Under the pieces are notes generated by a model, which worked only from the letters and a program-made list of their open reading frames with translations, had not been told where the DNA came from and did not search any database. Of a stretch of 64,000 nucleotides of DNA, positions 39,212-51,726 are shown one piece after another (within the stretch, counting starts at the first letter, position 1; each line of letters begins with the position of its first letter). Source of the DNA: Desulfatiglandales bacterium (GTDB lineage: Bacteria > Desulfobacterota > DSM-4660 > Desulfatiglandales > HGW-15); assembly GCA_963667015.2 (NCBI GenBank), contig CAXXJJ010000004.1, positions 544,001-608,000 on the forward strand, read 5' to 3'. The position numbers and the translations under genes were made by a program.

Positions 39212-41050
39212 CTAATCTCCGATCAGCTCATCATCACATCCGATTATTTTACAGGCTCCGTAACCTCTTTCACCGGGCAGAAGTTCCATTACTTTAGAAA
39301 AAGGTTCATAATCCAGGACAGGCAGATCCGATCCCTCTTTCCAGGTAGCAAGTGTTCTTTTCAGCCAGTCACGATCATTCCTGGCTTCAAAATCCTCCCT
39401 TGCATGGCAACCCCTGCTTTCGGTCCTTTGAAGCGCAGCATAGGCCGTACAGAGCACCAGTCTTGCCATGCCTTTTATCTTAAGGGCCATGGTCAGTTCC
39501 GGGTTGGCTCCTAGACCGTTTGAAACAAGGCCCACCTTCCCTGCCCTTTCATGTATCTCCTGCAAATTTTCAACCGCCGTCTGGAGATCTTTACCGTTTC
39601 TGAATATTCCTACACGATCCATTAACTCATCCTGTATGGCATTTCGAACTGTAAATACGTTTTCTTTACCTTCTTTGCATGATACAAGGCAATCTATGCG
39701 TTCCTGATCCCTTTTAAGAAAATTTCTTACAAGGCCAGTATCGTAATGAGCATCATTAGCCATCAGGAACTCAACTATTTTCTTACCGACTATTTTTCCC
39801 GCTACTATTGTTTCCGCAAGGGAGTTTCCACCAAGCCGGTTAAACCCGTGAAGATCCCAGCAGGCTGCTTCACCGGCTGAAAACAGTCCTGACAGGCCAT
39901 AGGCGGCTCCATCTTTATCGGTTCTGATTCCAGCCATTGTATAATGCTGGGCAGGCCTGACAGGGATAAGCTGGTTTATAGGATCTATGCCTAAAAAGTC
40001 GTTGCATATCTCCTCAACCTCCCTGAGCTTGGTCTTTATATGCTCTGCTCCAAGGTGGCGGATATCCAGCCAGAGGTGGTCACCATAATCGCTTTTAACA
40101 CCGTGACCTTCTCTTATATGCCGGATCATCCAGCGTGATACCACATCCCTTGAAGCAAGCTCTGCCTTTTCGGGTTCATATTCATGCATGAACCTTTTAT
40201 TATTCACGTCAAGGAGGGTTCCCCCGTCACCCCTGCATCCCTCTGTAACAAGGATATGTGTGGGAACTATGCCGGTAGGATGAAACTGGATAGCCTCAGG
40301 GTTGCCGATAGGCACAATGCCGGTATCAAGGGCAATGATGGCACCCCCGCCGTCACTTATCACCGCGTTGGTTGTTTCTCTGTATATTCTTCCGTATCCA
40401 CCGGTAGCTATCAGTGTTGCCCTGGCCAGATATGCCCGTAATTTACCTGTTTTAAGACATCTGGCCACAACACCGCTGCATGTCTCGCCATCATGTATAA
40501 GGGATATTGCCTCTACTCGGTCATGCACTGTTACGCCGGTTTCAACAACTTTATTATCCATTGTGTAAAGAAGGGTGTGTCCTGTTCCGTCGGAGGTGTA
40601 GGCTGTTCTCCATTTGGCTGTACCGCCAAAACTCCTGGCAGTGATCAGGCCTTCCTTTTCCTCTGGCTCTGTTTTTTCAAACTTCTTTCCACCCTTAAAA
40701 TAGATAGATGTACCGGCTTCAACCCTGTTCCAGGGGGTTCCCCACCGGTCCATTTCCCGAACCGCTTCAGGTGCTGTTTCTACAAATAATCTTGCCACCT
40801 CCTGATCACAGCCCCAGTCCGAACCCTTAACTGTGTCTTCAAAATGCACGTCCGGACAGTCTCCATGGCCCATTACGCAATGCCCTAAAGCTGCCTGCAT
40901 TCCACCCTGTGCAGCGGATGAATGGGATCTCCTGGGGGGTACTATACTTAAGCATAAGGCATTAAAGCCTGAGGAAGCGGCTTCAATGGCAGCCCGTTCA
41001 CCGGCAAGTCCGGCACCTATGCACAGGAGATCAGAATAAATTATTTCCAA
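39212..41050 (-). CDS. frdA: Fumarate reductase flavoprotein subunit
   Basis: GAGLAG, SHSSAAQGG (covalent FAD His), QFHPT, TEGCRG, HGFNRLGGNSL. Likely TTG start at 41050 after AAGGAG. Confidence 0.95.
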   Translation of the reverse strand: MEIIYSDLLCIGAGLAGERAAIEAASSGFNALCLSIVPPRRSHSSAAQGGMQAALGHCVMGHGDCPDVHFEDTVKGSDWGCDQEVARLFVETAPEAVREMDRWGTPWNRVEAGTSIYFKGGKKFEKTEPEEKEGLITARSFGGTAKWRTAYTSDGTGHTLLYTMDNKVVETGVTVHDRVEAISLIHDGETCSGVVARCLKTGKLRAYLARATLIATGGYGRIYRETTNAVISDGGGAIIALDTGIVPIGNPEAIQFHPTGIVPTHILVTEGCRGDGGTLLDVNNKRFMHEYEPEKAELASRDVVSRWMIRHIREGHGVKSDYGDHLWLDIRHLGAEHIKTKLREVEEICNDFLGIDPINQLIPVRPAQHYTMAGIRTDKDGAAYGLSGLFSAGEAACWDLHGFNRLGGNSLAETIVAGKIVGKKIVEFLMANDAHYDTGLVRNFLKRDQERIDCLVSCKEGKENVFTVRNAIQDELMDRVGIFRNGKDLQTAVENLQEIHERAGKVGLVSNGLGANPELTMALKIKGMARLVLCTAYAALQRTESRGCHAREDFEARNDRDWLKRTLATWKEGSDLPVLDYEPFSKVMELLPGERGYGACKIIGCDDELIGD

Positions 41051-41061
41051 TAGTATGCTCC

Positions 41062-41712
41062 TTAAAGGGGGAGAATCAAAAAACAAACAATGGTGACAAG
41101 GCCTATAATGATAAATATGGCTGTAAGTATATTCTCAAAGCCCTTAAATGGCTTTCGTCCTTTTCTTTTTACCACTCCCCATTTAACTGCGATCCTGTAA
41201 AAACCGATTCCCACAAGCAGTTCCACCATGGGAAGAAGAATCAGGTAAAAAATCAGCCAGAATCCTCCCTGTACACGCGCTGCACTTTTGACAGCAGTAA
41301 TTGGCAGGTCGGTCAAAACTGCCCACATATGTATTGAACCCATTATCAGTATGATCATAGCTGTAATTGCCTGTATCATCCAGAGCCATGTATCCGTGTG
41401 TTTGAGAATCCTGCTGAGCTTATAGATTTTATTAAATTCACTGCTTTTGAAGGGAATTTTTCTGGCGGCAAGGATGAAATGAAGGAGGAAAATGACAGCT
41501 ATCACAGGCCCGCCCACCTGGGCCATATATGTCTCTTCAAAAAATTGTGCGATAGTGTTCATGACTTCCGGGCCCAGGTTTACACTTGCCACAAGTATCA
41601 TATGGCTCCACATGAAAAGGATAAGGCCGGCTCCTGTAAGCATCTGGAGCCAATCAAGATAGGCTGATACCCTTTTTGGCGCATTAATAAAGGCTGATGT
41701 ATTGGTGGTCAT
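41062..41712 (-). CDS. frdC: Fumarate reductase cytochrome b subunit (Wolinella/Desulfovibrio type)
   Basis: Five TM helices; three heme His (WSHM, LLHF, SIHM); the fourth expected His reads Leu (VELLVG). Confidence 0.85.
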   Translation of the reverse strand: MTTNTSAFINAPKRVSAYLDWLQMLTGAGLILFMWSHMILVASVNLGPEVMNTIAQFFEETYMAQVGGPVIAVIFLLHFILAARKIPFKSSEFNKIYKLSRILKHTDTWLWMIQAITAMIILIMGSIHMWAVLTDLPITAVKSAARVQGGFWLIFYLILLPMVELLVGIGFYRIAVKWGVVKRKGRKPFKGFENILTAIFIIIGLVTIVCFLILPL

Positions 41713-41739
41713 TTATACTCCTGCCGACATTGACATATC

Positions 41740-42621
41740 CTAATAATCATCATCACTCAAGGCTTCAAAACCCGAAATAATATCCAGAAGTTCGTTCGTG
41801 ATGTTATTCTGTCTTTGTTCCCTGAAAAGGGCCTGAAGCTCCTCCTCTCGTTCAATCACATTTTTTTCCGCCGCCTGCATTGCCATAAGCCTGGCCGCGT
41901 TCTCGCTTGCAAGGGACTGCACAAAGGCCCTGTAAAAACTGACAAATAGATGCTGCCTGAAAAGGTTTCGGAACAGCAGGACAGAGTCAATACCCATCAT
42001 CGGGATACAGCGTCCGGGCCATTCCTGATCTCCGGTACTGCTGATCCATTCATTATCAAGGGGCAGAACAGGATAAAACACCTGGGTATAACCGCTTTCT
42101 CCTGAAATCATGTTATGACAGAGATAAAAATAATCTATATTACCCTCTGACTCCCAATGCTCAATGCGTTCAAGTACCGCCTGAACCTGGCTGTTAATAG
42201 CAGTAAGACTTCCCGGGGTACTGAAATACTCTCCTTCTTTGTATCCCATGTCAAGCAGGGTCCCTGACACCTTTTCTCCGCTGCTCCAGAATACCATGCT
42301 CTCCCTCTTGCCGAATATTTCCTGCGCTTTACTTACAGCATGGGATGCTATAATCTCATTGAACTGCCCGCACATTCCCTGGTCAGAACCCACAACAAGG
42401 CAAACGGATTTCTTTCCGGTGCTTCCTAAAGGCATCTGCCCTTTGTTACGAAAAAGTACATGCCATCCCTGATCGATGACTACCCGGTACTCTTCAAGGG
42501 ATTCTACTGCCTTTTCATACTGTCTGATGTTTACTGCTGCCAGGCTTTTCATTGTCTTGACCACTCCCAGTAGGTCCTGGGCGGTCCTGATCTTCCTGTT
42601 CAGCATTTCCAGTGTCTGCAT
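41740..42621 (-). CDS. atpG: N-ATPase gamma subunit
   Basis: [39 protein letters not shown]. Confidence 0.93.
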   Translation of the reverse strand: MQTLEMLNRKIRTAQDLLGVVKTMKSLAAVNIRQYEKAVESLEEYRVVIDQGWHVLFRNKGQMPLGSTGKKSVCLVVGSDQGMCGQFNEIIASHAVSKAQEIFGKRESMVFWSSGEKVSGTLLDMGYKEGEYFSTPGSLTAINSQVQAVLERIEHWESEGNIDYFYLCHNMISGESGYTQVFYPVLPLDNEWISSTGDQEWPGRCIPMMGIDSVLLFRNLFRQHLFVSFYRAFVQSLASENAARLMAMQAAEKNVIEREEELQALFREQRQNNITNELLDIISGFEALSDDDY

Positions 42622-44143
42622 TAACCTGTTTAATCTCCTTAAGCCCTTCTTCCATAATTGGCGTTAATTTTTCCCATAGAGGGTCATCAGGGCCTGCCTT
42701 TTCAACTTCATTATCAAGGTCGGACATCTGACTTTTTACAGTTTCAATAAGTTTCTTCTGGGCTTCCCTTACTTTTTCAATGGGTATTTCATCGAGCAGG
42801 CCCTTGCTAACGGCCAGCAGAATCACAATCTGTTCACCCACAGTCAAAGCGGATGCCTGATCCTGCTTTAATGACTCACGCACCCTTTTCCCATGTTCAA
42901 GAGTTTTTCTTGTCCGCTCATCCAGTCTTGTACCGAACCGGGCAAAGGATTCAAGTTCCTGGAACTGAGTGTATGACAGCTTCAGATCACCTGCCACCTT
43001 TCTGTATGCTGCTATTTGTGCCTTGCCTCCTACCCTTGATACTGATTTACCTACATCAACTGCAGGCAGTATGCCTTTCTGGAAAAGATCCGGAGAAACA
43101 TAGATCTGTCCGTCTGTTATGGAAATTAGGTTTGTGGGGATATAGGCCGATATGTTCTGAGCCTCTGTTTCAGCTATGGGAAGGGCGGTAAGGGAACCTC
43201 CGCCGAGATCAGGCTTCAGGTGTGTTGCCCTCTCAAGAAGCCTGGAGTGTATATAGAATATGTCACCTGGAAAAGCCTCCCTTCCAGGCGGTCTTCTTAA
43301 AAGCAGGGAGAGCTGTCTGTAGGCAAGTGCGTGCCTTGTAAGGTCATCAAACACAACAAGCACGTCCTTTCCCTTGTGCATAAAATATTCGCCTATGGAT
43401 GCCGCAGCATATGGCGCTATATAATGAAGGCCGGGAGAATCATCCCCTTCAACCACTACCACAACACTGTAGCCCATGGCATCATTTTCTTTTAATTCAT
43501 TAACAACCTTGGCAATGCTGGAGCTCCTCTGGCCTATGGCGCAGTATATACAGATTACATCCTTGTCCTTTTGATTGATGATTGTGTCAACAGCAATAGC
43601 TGTTTTACCTGTCTGCCTGTCCCCGAGGATCAGTTCTCTCTGTCCACGTCCGATAGGTATAAGGGCATCAACCACCTTGAGACCCGTCTGCATGGGCATT
43701 TCAACCGGAGAGCGGTCAAGTATGGGCGGGGCTTCTTTCAGTACGGGCCATCTTTCCTCTTCCTCTATCTTATCAAGACCGTCCAGAGGATTTCCCAGGG
43801 GATCAATAACCCTTCCAAGAAAATTCTGCCCCACAGGAATATCAAGGACTCTTCCGCTCCGGGTCACCTCCTCTCCGGCACTAAGATCTTCACTGGGACC
43901 GAAAACTACAATACCTATTCGTTCAGGAAGAAGATCAAAGACCATTCCCTGTATATCCCCGTTCAAAAAAACAAGTTCCTCTGACTTCACCTCCCCCAGG
44001 CCTTCTGCCCATACAATCCCCTGCCCTACTGACTTGATTCGTCCAACCTCTTCGACATGGGCCTCAAAGGTAAATTTATCAGTACCTTTATCAATGGCCT
44101 TTTCAACATCATTTAAAACATTTTTCAATTGGCTATCCATCAT
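42515..44143 (-). CDS. atpA: N-ATPase alpha subunit
   Basis: [28 protein letters not shown]-terminal extension overlaps atpG. Confidence 0.95.
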   Translation of the reverse strand: MMDSQLKNVLNDVEKAIDKGTDKFTFEAHVEEVGRIKSVGQGIVWAEGLGEVKSEELVFLNGDIQGMVFDLLPERIGIVVFGPSEDLSAGEEVTRSGRVLDIPVGQNFLGRVIDPLGNPLDGLDKIEEEERWPVLKEAPPILDRSPVEMPMQTGLKVVDALIPIGRGQRELILGDRQTGKTAIAVDTIINQKDKDVICIYCAIGQRSSSIAKVVNELKENDAMGYSVVVVVEGDDSPGLHYIAPYAAASIGEYFMHKGKDVLVVFDDLTRHALAYRQLSLLLRRPPGREAFPGDIFYIHSRLLERATHLKPDLGGGSLTALPIAETEAQNISAYIPTNLISITDGQIYVSPDLFQKGILPAVDVGKSVSRVGGKAQIAAYRKVAGDLKLSYTQFQELESFARFGTRLDERTRKTLEHGKRVRESLKQDQASALTVGEQIVILLAVSKGLLDEIPIEKVREAQKKLIETVKSQMSDLDNEVEKAGPDDPLWEKLTPIMEEGLKEIKQVNADTGNAEQEDQDRPGPTGSGQDNEKPGSSKHQTV

Positions 44144-44895
44144 GCATTCTCCGGGGAGATTCTTGAGAGATCCTTGAATATTTCCTTTTCAAATCCCTTC
44201 AGGTAGCTGGTAAGGTTCCATTCCACCCTGTTGTCACCGACTTTTGTCCTGACACCTATTCCCAGATCTCCTGATACCTGAAAATCAACTGATTTTATAC
44301 TGGGCATCAGTTTCATGATTTTTTCCCTTGATTCCCGGGTCATTGTCTCATCAAGTGGAAACCCTGTCTCAATAATAAGGTTCGAGTTTTTATTATTTTT
44401 AACCATATCCAGTGAGTTTTCAGACAGTTTCTCAAGGAAAATCGTAATTATCTGTTTTTCTATACCTTCCCCTGCCAGGTCATTAAGTACCTTCTCCCCT
44501 ATTTTCATTATACCAGATATTACTGTCTTTCTTACTCCCTTGATAAAAACATCCTTTTCCTGGTCTAGGAGGTTTACCCATTTTTCTCTGAGCCCTTCAA
44601 TATCCGCACGGGTGTCTTCAATGGTTTTTTTGCGCCACTGGGACACCTCTTCCTTTGCCTCTGTCATCATCTGATCTCTGGCAGATTCAAGGGCATTTCT
44701 CTCTTTATCTATCTCGATTGATTTTTTCCTTGCCTCTTTCTCCGCCTTTCTTGCGTTTTTAAGGGCATCAGAGACCTTCTTTTCCCTTTCATCCATGGCC
44801 TTTATGATCGGGCCATATAGAAAACGCTTCAGCAGGAAAATAAGGATCAGAAAATTTACAAGCTGGGCCAGGACTGTGAACCAGTTAATAAGCAC
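44140..44895 (-). CDS. atpF: N-ATPase b subunit (b-delta-like fusion)
   Basis: [16 protein letters not shown]...LYGPI, coiled coil, C-terminal delta-like domain. Confidence 0.9.
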   Translation of the reverse strand: MLINWFTVLAQLVNFLILIFLLKRFLYGPIIKAMDEREKKVSDALKNARKAEKEARKKSIEIDKERNALESARDQMMTEAKEEVSQWRKKTIEDTRADIEGLREKWVNLLDQEKDVFIKGVRKTVISGIMKIGEKVLNDLAGEGIEKQIITIFLEKLSENSLDMVKNNKNSNLIIETGFPLDETMTRESREKIMKLMPSIKSVDFQVSGDLGIGVRTKVGDNRVEWNLTSYLKGFEKEIFKDLSRISPENA

Positions 44896-44898
44896 GGC

Positions 44899-45177
44899 TT
44901 ACCCCCCGGCCTGAGAGATAAAGTAGTTCCAGAATGGGTTTGCAAAAATCAGAATCATCGCCACTACAAAACAGTAAATGGCAGTAGATTCAACCATGGC
45001 CATTCCAACAAACAGGGTTCTGGTGATGGTCCCTGTCTCATCAGGCTGCTGGGCGATGGCGCTCAATGCCTGTGCAAGAGCCTTTCCTTCACCAAGGGCC
45101 GGTCCAATTGCTCCTATACAGATGCACAACCCTGCGGCAAAAATAGAAGCCATGGCCACAAGTCCTAAATTATCCAT
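44899..45177 (-). CDS. atpE: N-ATPase c subunit, Na+-type motif
   Basis: GPALGEGK, QQPD, ESTAIY; start MDNLG. Confidence 0.93.
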   Translation of the reverse strand: MDNLGLVAMASIFAAGLCICIGAIGPALGEGKALAQALSAIAQQPDETGTITRTLFVGMAMVESTAIYCFVVAMILIFANPFWNYFISQAGG

Positions 45178-45196
45178 AATATTTTCTCCTTTATCA

Positions 45197-45874
45197 TTAT
45201 TTGGTTTTCTTCTGTATCTGCATGCCTGCTCCAATATAAACAGCGGCAAGAATGGCGAATATATATGCCTGAACAAGCCCGGTCAAAAGTCCCAGAAGTT
45301 GAATCAGGATAGGAACAAAGACAGGTGCAAGCATCAGTAGAATAGCGACTATCATTGTGCCGCTCATTACGTTTCCGAACAGACGGACGGCAAGGGCGAG
45401 GGTCCTGCTGAACTCCCCTATTATATTGAATGGGAGCATAAAAAAGGAAGGCTGAAGATAATTACGAAAGTAATTAACTAATCCAATTTCGGAAACTGAA
45501 TAGATAGGCACTGCAATGAATACGGCAATTGCCAATGCCGCAGTAGTTGATAACGAACCGGTTGGAGGTTGAAATCCAGGTATAAGGGAAAGGGTATTTG
45601 AGATGGCAACGAATAAAAAAAGTGTTCCCACAAAGGGCATGAACCTGTCGGGTTCTTTCCGGGTGATTTCCTTTAGCTGCTGCCTGATAGCAGAAACAAT
45701 AATCTCAAGAAAGTTCTGCCATCGTGGTATACTTTCACCGCTGCTTAGACGTCTTGTAATCAGCCATGAGCCAAAGGTGACAATTACTATTACAATCCAA
45801 GTAAACAGAATTGTTGCGTTTATCTGTAAAAAGCCATGCTGCCAGTAAACAAGGCTGTCAGGACTAACATGCAT
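45197..45874 (-). CDS. atpB: N-ATPase a subunit
   Basis: SRTLALAVRLFGN, QAYIFAIL. Confidence 0.93.
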   Translation of the reverse strand: MHVSPDSLVYWQHGFLQINATILFTWIVIVIVTFGSWLITRRLSSGESIPRWQNFLEIIVSAIRQQLKEITRKEPDRFMPFVGTLFLFVAISNTLSLIPGFQPPTGSLSTTAALAIAVFIAVPIYSVSEIGLVNYFRNYLQPSFFMLPFNIIGEFSRTLALAVRLFGNVMSGTMIVAILLMLAPVFVPILIQLLGLLTGLVQAYIFAILAAVYIGAGMQIQKKTK

Positions 45875-45876
45875 AT

Positions 45877-46164
45877 TTATTTCCTTTCACTCCCCGGCCC
45901 CAGTTTTTTTGTAATTACAAACCGGGTAATTACAAAGGCAATAAATGATATAATGAAGGGATAAAAACCATATTTAACTGTGATCCAGAATCCTGCAAGT
46001 ACCACGATTGTCCGTATTATAAAACTTATAAACAGGATCGACTTAAGTTTATTACTGCCTGCAGCCAGTTTCAGGGTATAATAGAGCCCGCCAAAATAAA
46101 AAACTGACAGAATGATACCCCATAGAGGTGCAATACAGTATATGACAATATCAGTCTTTGTCAT
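45877..46164 (-). CDS. atpR: N-ATPase AtpR subunit
   Basis: YFGGLYYT, SFIIR, small membrane protein in the atpR position. Confidence 0.8.
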   Translation of the reverse strand: MTKTDIVIYCIAPLWGIILSVFYFGGLYYTLKLAAGSNKLKSILFISFIIRTIVVLAGFWITVKYGFYPFIISFIAFVITRFVITKKLGPGSERK

Positions 46165-46469
46165 TTTCACGATCCTCATTAATTTTGTTTCGCTGCTTAT
46201 TGATCCAGAACCATGCATTTAGATATCCCATTATCAATCCCAGGACTATCAGCATAAGAGACCATGAATATCCTCCCTGCCATTTCAGATCTATCCAGAT
46301 GCCCACAAACGCGCCTATGACAGTAGGAATAGAAACAGACCACCCGACCACGCCGAAGGTTCCAAGGCCAAACCACACCTCGTCATAATTTTTATTTCGG
46401 GATCTGATTTTTCGTTTTTCACGCACCCCTACGCTGCTGAAAAAGTCCTGCTCTTTTTTTTTCCTGTTA

Positions 46470-46477
<8 letters not shown>
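46151..46477 (-). CDS. atpQ: N-ATPase AtpQ (AtpZ/I-like) subunit
   Basis: WFGLGTFGVVGWSVSIPT...NAWFW. Confidence 0.85.
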
Positions 46478-48334
<1,857 letters not shown>

Positions 48335-48461
48335 TTACCTATTCTTCCGGTTTATCTTTATTATCGGTCTTTATACCAAGTGATTAGGGATACTTAACCG
48401 CGTCTTCCAATTTTGCCTGCAAAGGTCCCCAGAGTTCCGGATTATTTCATTTTAAAGTTAC

Positions 48462-48617
48462 CTATATAAAATCGTTTTTTTTAATTAGATGCATGCCTTC
48501 ATAATTATTTTCGCTTTTTTCTGCTATCCGGCTGAACCATGTTGCAGGGATTTCTGCGAGCCAGTACAGGAAGTAACCAATGGTGATTGTAAGCAGAATA
48601 AAACTGAGTACAGGCAT
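48462..48617 (-). CDS. Possible small membrane peptide (51 aa)
   Basis: AAGGAGA RBS then MPVLSFILLTITIGYFLYWLAEIPATWF...; below the track's length cutoff. Confidence 0.3.
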   Translation of the reverse strand: MPVLSFILLTITIGYFLYWLAEIPATWFSRIAEKSENNYEGMHLIKKNDFI

Positions 48618-48713
48618 ACATCTCCTTACTGTGACAATTGCTAAGGCAAATACACTTTACTTACAGGAAATAAGCCTGTCTGAAAACACGGGAGTTCTTT
48701 TCAGGCCTTTAAT

Positions 48714-48920
48714 CTAAACAGGCTTTTTAATGTGCTTCAGGTAACTGTTAAATAAAAAGCCAATAACAATTCCTACAACAAGCAGGATAAACATTAACAG
48801 TATTCTTGAAATACTTATTGTCCAGAAATAAAACCTGATATCCACAACAGCCGCATTCTGGACTATAAATATCACAGCCATAAATATCAGCACAATAATG
48901 GCAGTTAATTTATATTTCAT
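48714..48920 (-). CDS. LapA/DUF1049-like small membrane protein
   Basis: FIVQNAAVVDIRFYFW; two TM helices. Confidence 0.75.
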   Translation of the reverse strand: MKYKLTAIIVLIFMAVIFIVQNAAVVDIRFYFWTISISRILLMFILLVVGIVIGFLFNSYLKHIKKPV

Positions 48921-49080
48921 ATTTAACCTTTGATAGTGAGTTTAATAAATTAACCCTCTTTAATAATGGAGGAATCACGGACATTGACAGTTAATTAACT
49001 ACCCCGCCTAAAAGAAGCGGGGTTTCTGTATAGATAATGCAACCGGGAGGAGCGGAGAAACTTGTCGGCTTTAGACTGAT

Positions 49081-50109
49081 TTAATTTTCAAACAGGTACC
49101 CCAGTGTGAACATCAGAGCCGTATCGGTATCCTCCCTGCCTGGTGAAGGGGTTTTTTCCCAGTCCCAGTTATACTGAAGGGATGCATTGAAGTGCTTGAA
49201 TAAAGGGACACGTATTCCGGTCCTGCTTTTAATAAACATATCATCCGAATTCTCCAGGCTCATAAATCCTTCGTGAAAATGGAATAACTGGAAGGCCTTA
49301 TCGTAAAAGTACCTGTCCCAGGTAATTGCCCACCTGCCTGATGAATATGAATTGTCCGGTGCTGCAATATAATTTTCACTCACATAATTTATACCTGCCT
49401 CAAGTGAAAGATTGGTTATTTTGGTTTCATAAAACTGATAACCGGACCCGATACCGATTAAAGACCGCAGACTCAGGTCTTTGAATCTATCCTTTTCAAA
49501 AAGTGCATTACTGTAGGCAAACCATTTTTTTGAAAAAAAGTGATCGTATTTAATATAGCCAAGTGTATTATTCTCTGTCTTTACTCCTTCGTCTTCTGTT
49601 CTGTTCAACTGAACACCCGCGGTATATCTGTTTTTCTCTGTTCTTGCAGAGAATTCACCGTCAATATGTTCAGTATCTTTTTCCGTATTTCCGCTTGTGT
49701 AGGTTAATCCCGCGTTTACCCTGACCTTTATCCTTACAGGAGGCTCTTTAGGCGGATTTATCGATTTAACATCAGCCATGGAAAAGGATACGGGTTCCTG
49801 AACCTTGCTCGTTGTGATTATCATTTTGTCCTGTTCAAAGCCCCGGGGACTGCCTTTTATCAGGCTGTCATCACTCAACAGGACCGAAATCTCTTTTTCT
49901 GTTTTTATATCAGCTATCTCGGTCCATTTGATTCCGATTTCACCGGCGTAGGAGGTTTTTATAACGAGCTTGCCGTCCTTCATGGTAATGACTTCACCGG
50001 AAATCCTGTCGCCGTTTTTTGTAGTTATTTCATCTGCGTCAAGACTGGAAAAGCTAAAGATATTAATTAGTAACAGTGTGATTATAAAACATTTATTAAA
50101 GGTTTTCAT
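49081..50109 (-). CDS. DUF481/YdiY-like outer-membrane beta-barrel
   Basis: Signal peptide, KNGDRISG domain, SGNT, DRFKDL, GSGYQF, terminal LGYLF. Confidence 0.82.
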   Translation of the reverse strand: MKTFNKCFIITLLLINIFSFSSLDADEITTKNGDRISGEVITMKDGKLVIKTSYAGEIGIKWTEIADIKTEKEISVLLSDDSLIKGSPRGFEQDKMIITTSKVQEPVSFSMADVKSINPPKEPPVRIKVRVNAGLTYTSGNTEKDTEHIDGEFSARTEKNRYTAGVQLNRTEDEGVKTENNTLGYIKYDHFFSKKWFAYSNALFEKDRFKDLSLRSLIGIGSGYQFYETKITNLSLEAGINYVSENYIAAPDNSYSSGRWAITWDRYFYDKAFQLFHFHEGFMSLENSDDMFIKSRTGIRVPLFKHFNASLQYNWDWEKTPSPGREDTDTALMFTLGYLFEN

Positions 50110-50259
50110 AACATGCTCCTTCCGGTTACGGGTTCAGCCCCGACTCAAAATTTAGTGTTAGAATTAGTTTTAAACTATATTTTTGAAGATAGAATACTTG
50201 CTTGCCAAATGGTTAATTTATACTTGCAGGTCTTTTTCTAGTCAACAGTATTTATGATT

Positions 50260-51219
50260 TCACCCTGTATACATGCGGTATCCAATATACAATGAGTAGA
50301 AAACAAGGAAAACAGCGCCTTCCCATCTGTCCAGTGAATGTTTTTTTAAGGTAAACATACTCAAAAACAGCAGAATGCTGGCGGCAATAACCACACCTAT
50401 ATCTATATTACTTGATAATGAAAACGGTATGGGTTTAATTACTGAACTGATACCCAGTACAAAAAGGACATTAAAGATATTTGATCCAACTACATTACCA
50501 ACAGCTATATCCGCCTTTTTTTTATATGCTGCGGCAGCAGATGTGGCAAGTTCCGGAAGAGAGGTCCCAATAGCAACAATAGTCAACCCTATAAGGCCTT
50601 CACTCATGCCAAAGGATGAGGCGATTTTTACGGCTCCATCTTTTATCCATACCCCCCCTGCGGTAAGGCAGACAAAACCGAGAATCACCATTATTAAGGA
50701 CCTGAGAAACGAGTATTTGCCGGAAGGCACGTGTTCGGCCATCCCGTCTACATCGGAGGCAATTGAACATGAATAGTAAATAAATATGGAAAAGAAAAGT
50801 AACAGCAGTAATCCGTCCGATCGTGTCAGAATGTTTTGTGCTTCATTATTTATCAACGACCCGTTAACCATAATCCCGAGGGCAAGAATAGCAAGAAGGC
50901 TGAATGGAATCTCTTTCCATACAGTACCACTGGTTACCTTAAGAGGAAATATCAGTGATGAAATGCCAAGTATCAGGAAAATATTTGAGATATTGCTGCC
51001 CAGTACATTACCAATAGCCAGGTCAGTATTTCCATTTATACTTGCAATGACATTGACAAACAGTTCAGGTGTCGAGGTGCCGAATGCCACGACAGTAAGA
51101 CCGATAACAAGGTCTGACACATTAAAACGTCTTGCAAGAGATGATGAACCTTCAACAAGGATATCCGCCCCTTTTATGAGAACTAAAAAACCTGCAGCAA
51201 AAAGAATATACACGAGCAT
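50260..51219 (-). CDS. Calcium/sodium antiporter (CaCA, YrbG-like)
   Basis: Duplicated alpha repeats GTSTPEL/GTSLPEL and GNVLGSN/GNVVGSN. Confidence 0.93.
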   Translation of the reverse strand: MLVYILFAAGFLVLIKGADILVEGSSSLARRFNVSDLVIGLTVVAFGTSTPELFVNVIASINGNTDLAIGNVLGSNISNIFLILGISSLIFPLKVTSGTVWKEIPFSLLAILALGIMVNGSLINNEAQNILTRSDGLLLLLFFSIFIYYSCSIASDVDGMAEHVPSGKYSFLRSLIMVILGFVCLTAGGVWIKDGAVKIASSFGMSEGLIGLTIVAIGTSLPELATSAAAAYKKKADIAVGNVVGSNIFNVLFVLGISSVIKPIPFSLSSNIDIGVVIAASILLFLSMFTLKKHSLDRWEGAVFLVFYSLYIGYRMYTG

Positions 51220-51295
51220 TGACAGAGCCTCAGCGAAAGGATCAATATATCTTCATAACCCTTTAATATTATTTAATTTATATCTGGATAAAAAT

Positions 51296-51574
51296 CTATT
51301 TGATGGTTATTAAACTGTTTAATGTGCCGTGCTCATTATAGACAACATTTTCATTTGCCGGGTCATGCCACCATTCGTCACCCACAAGATATTTGTACTC
51401 ATATGTTCCGGGAGGGATGATAACGGTTTTTGTCCAGACACCGTCTTCATTCTGTTTCATATGGTGTTTTCTGATATCCCAGTTGTTAAAGGTGCCCGTA
51501 AGACAGACATCCTTTGCCCCCGGCGCTGATAGCGAAAATGTAACCCTTTTCCTTTTTACCCTCTTCTGTACCAT
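51296..51574 (-). CDS. Glycogen-binding CBM48/AMPK-beta-like domain protein
   Basis: GTFNNW, GTYEYKYLV, WWHDP. Confidence 0.85.
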   Translation of the reverse strand: MVQKRVKRKRVTFSLSAPGAKDVCLTGTFNNWDIRKHHMKQNEDGVWTKTVIIPPGTYEYKYLVGDEWWHDPANENVVYNEHGTLNSLITIK

Positions 51575-51726
51575 TTTCTTTTCTCCTGTAATCCGGAAAA
51601 TTCGGTTATAATCGGATTTATTTCATAATGACATTATGAAATGCTTTCGAGGGATAAATATATCATATTAAGGGTCTGAATATCCAATAATAAACTTCTA
51701 CAGGAAGGTAAGATCAACTGTGTAGA

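Noticed and set aside
42515..42621. atpA/atpG 107 bp overlap as a frameshift or recoding signal
   Set aside because: Best explained by a late stop giving a low-complexity tail; both genes are otherwise complete.
48994..49026. IS200/IS605 element (aactaccccgc...gcggggtttc; similar hairpin at 17888-17928)
   Set aside because: Only an end-like hairpin, no tnpA/tnpB; may simply act as a terminator.
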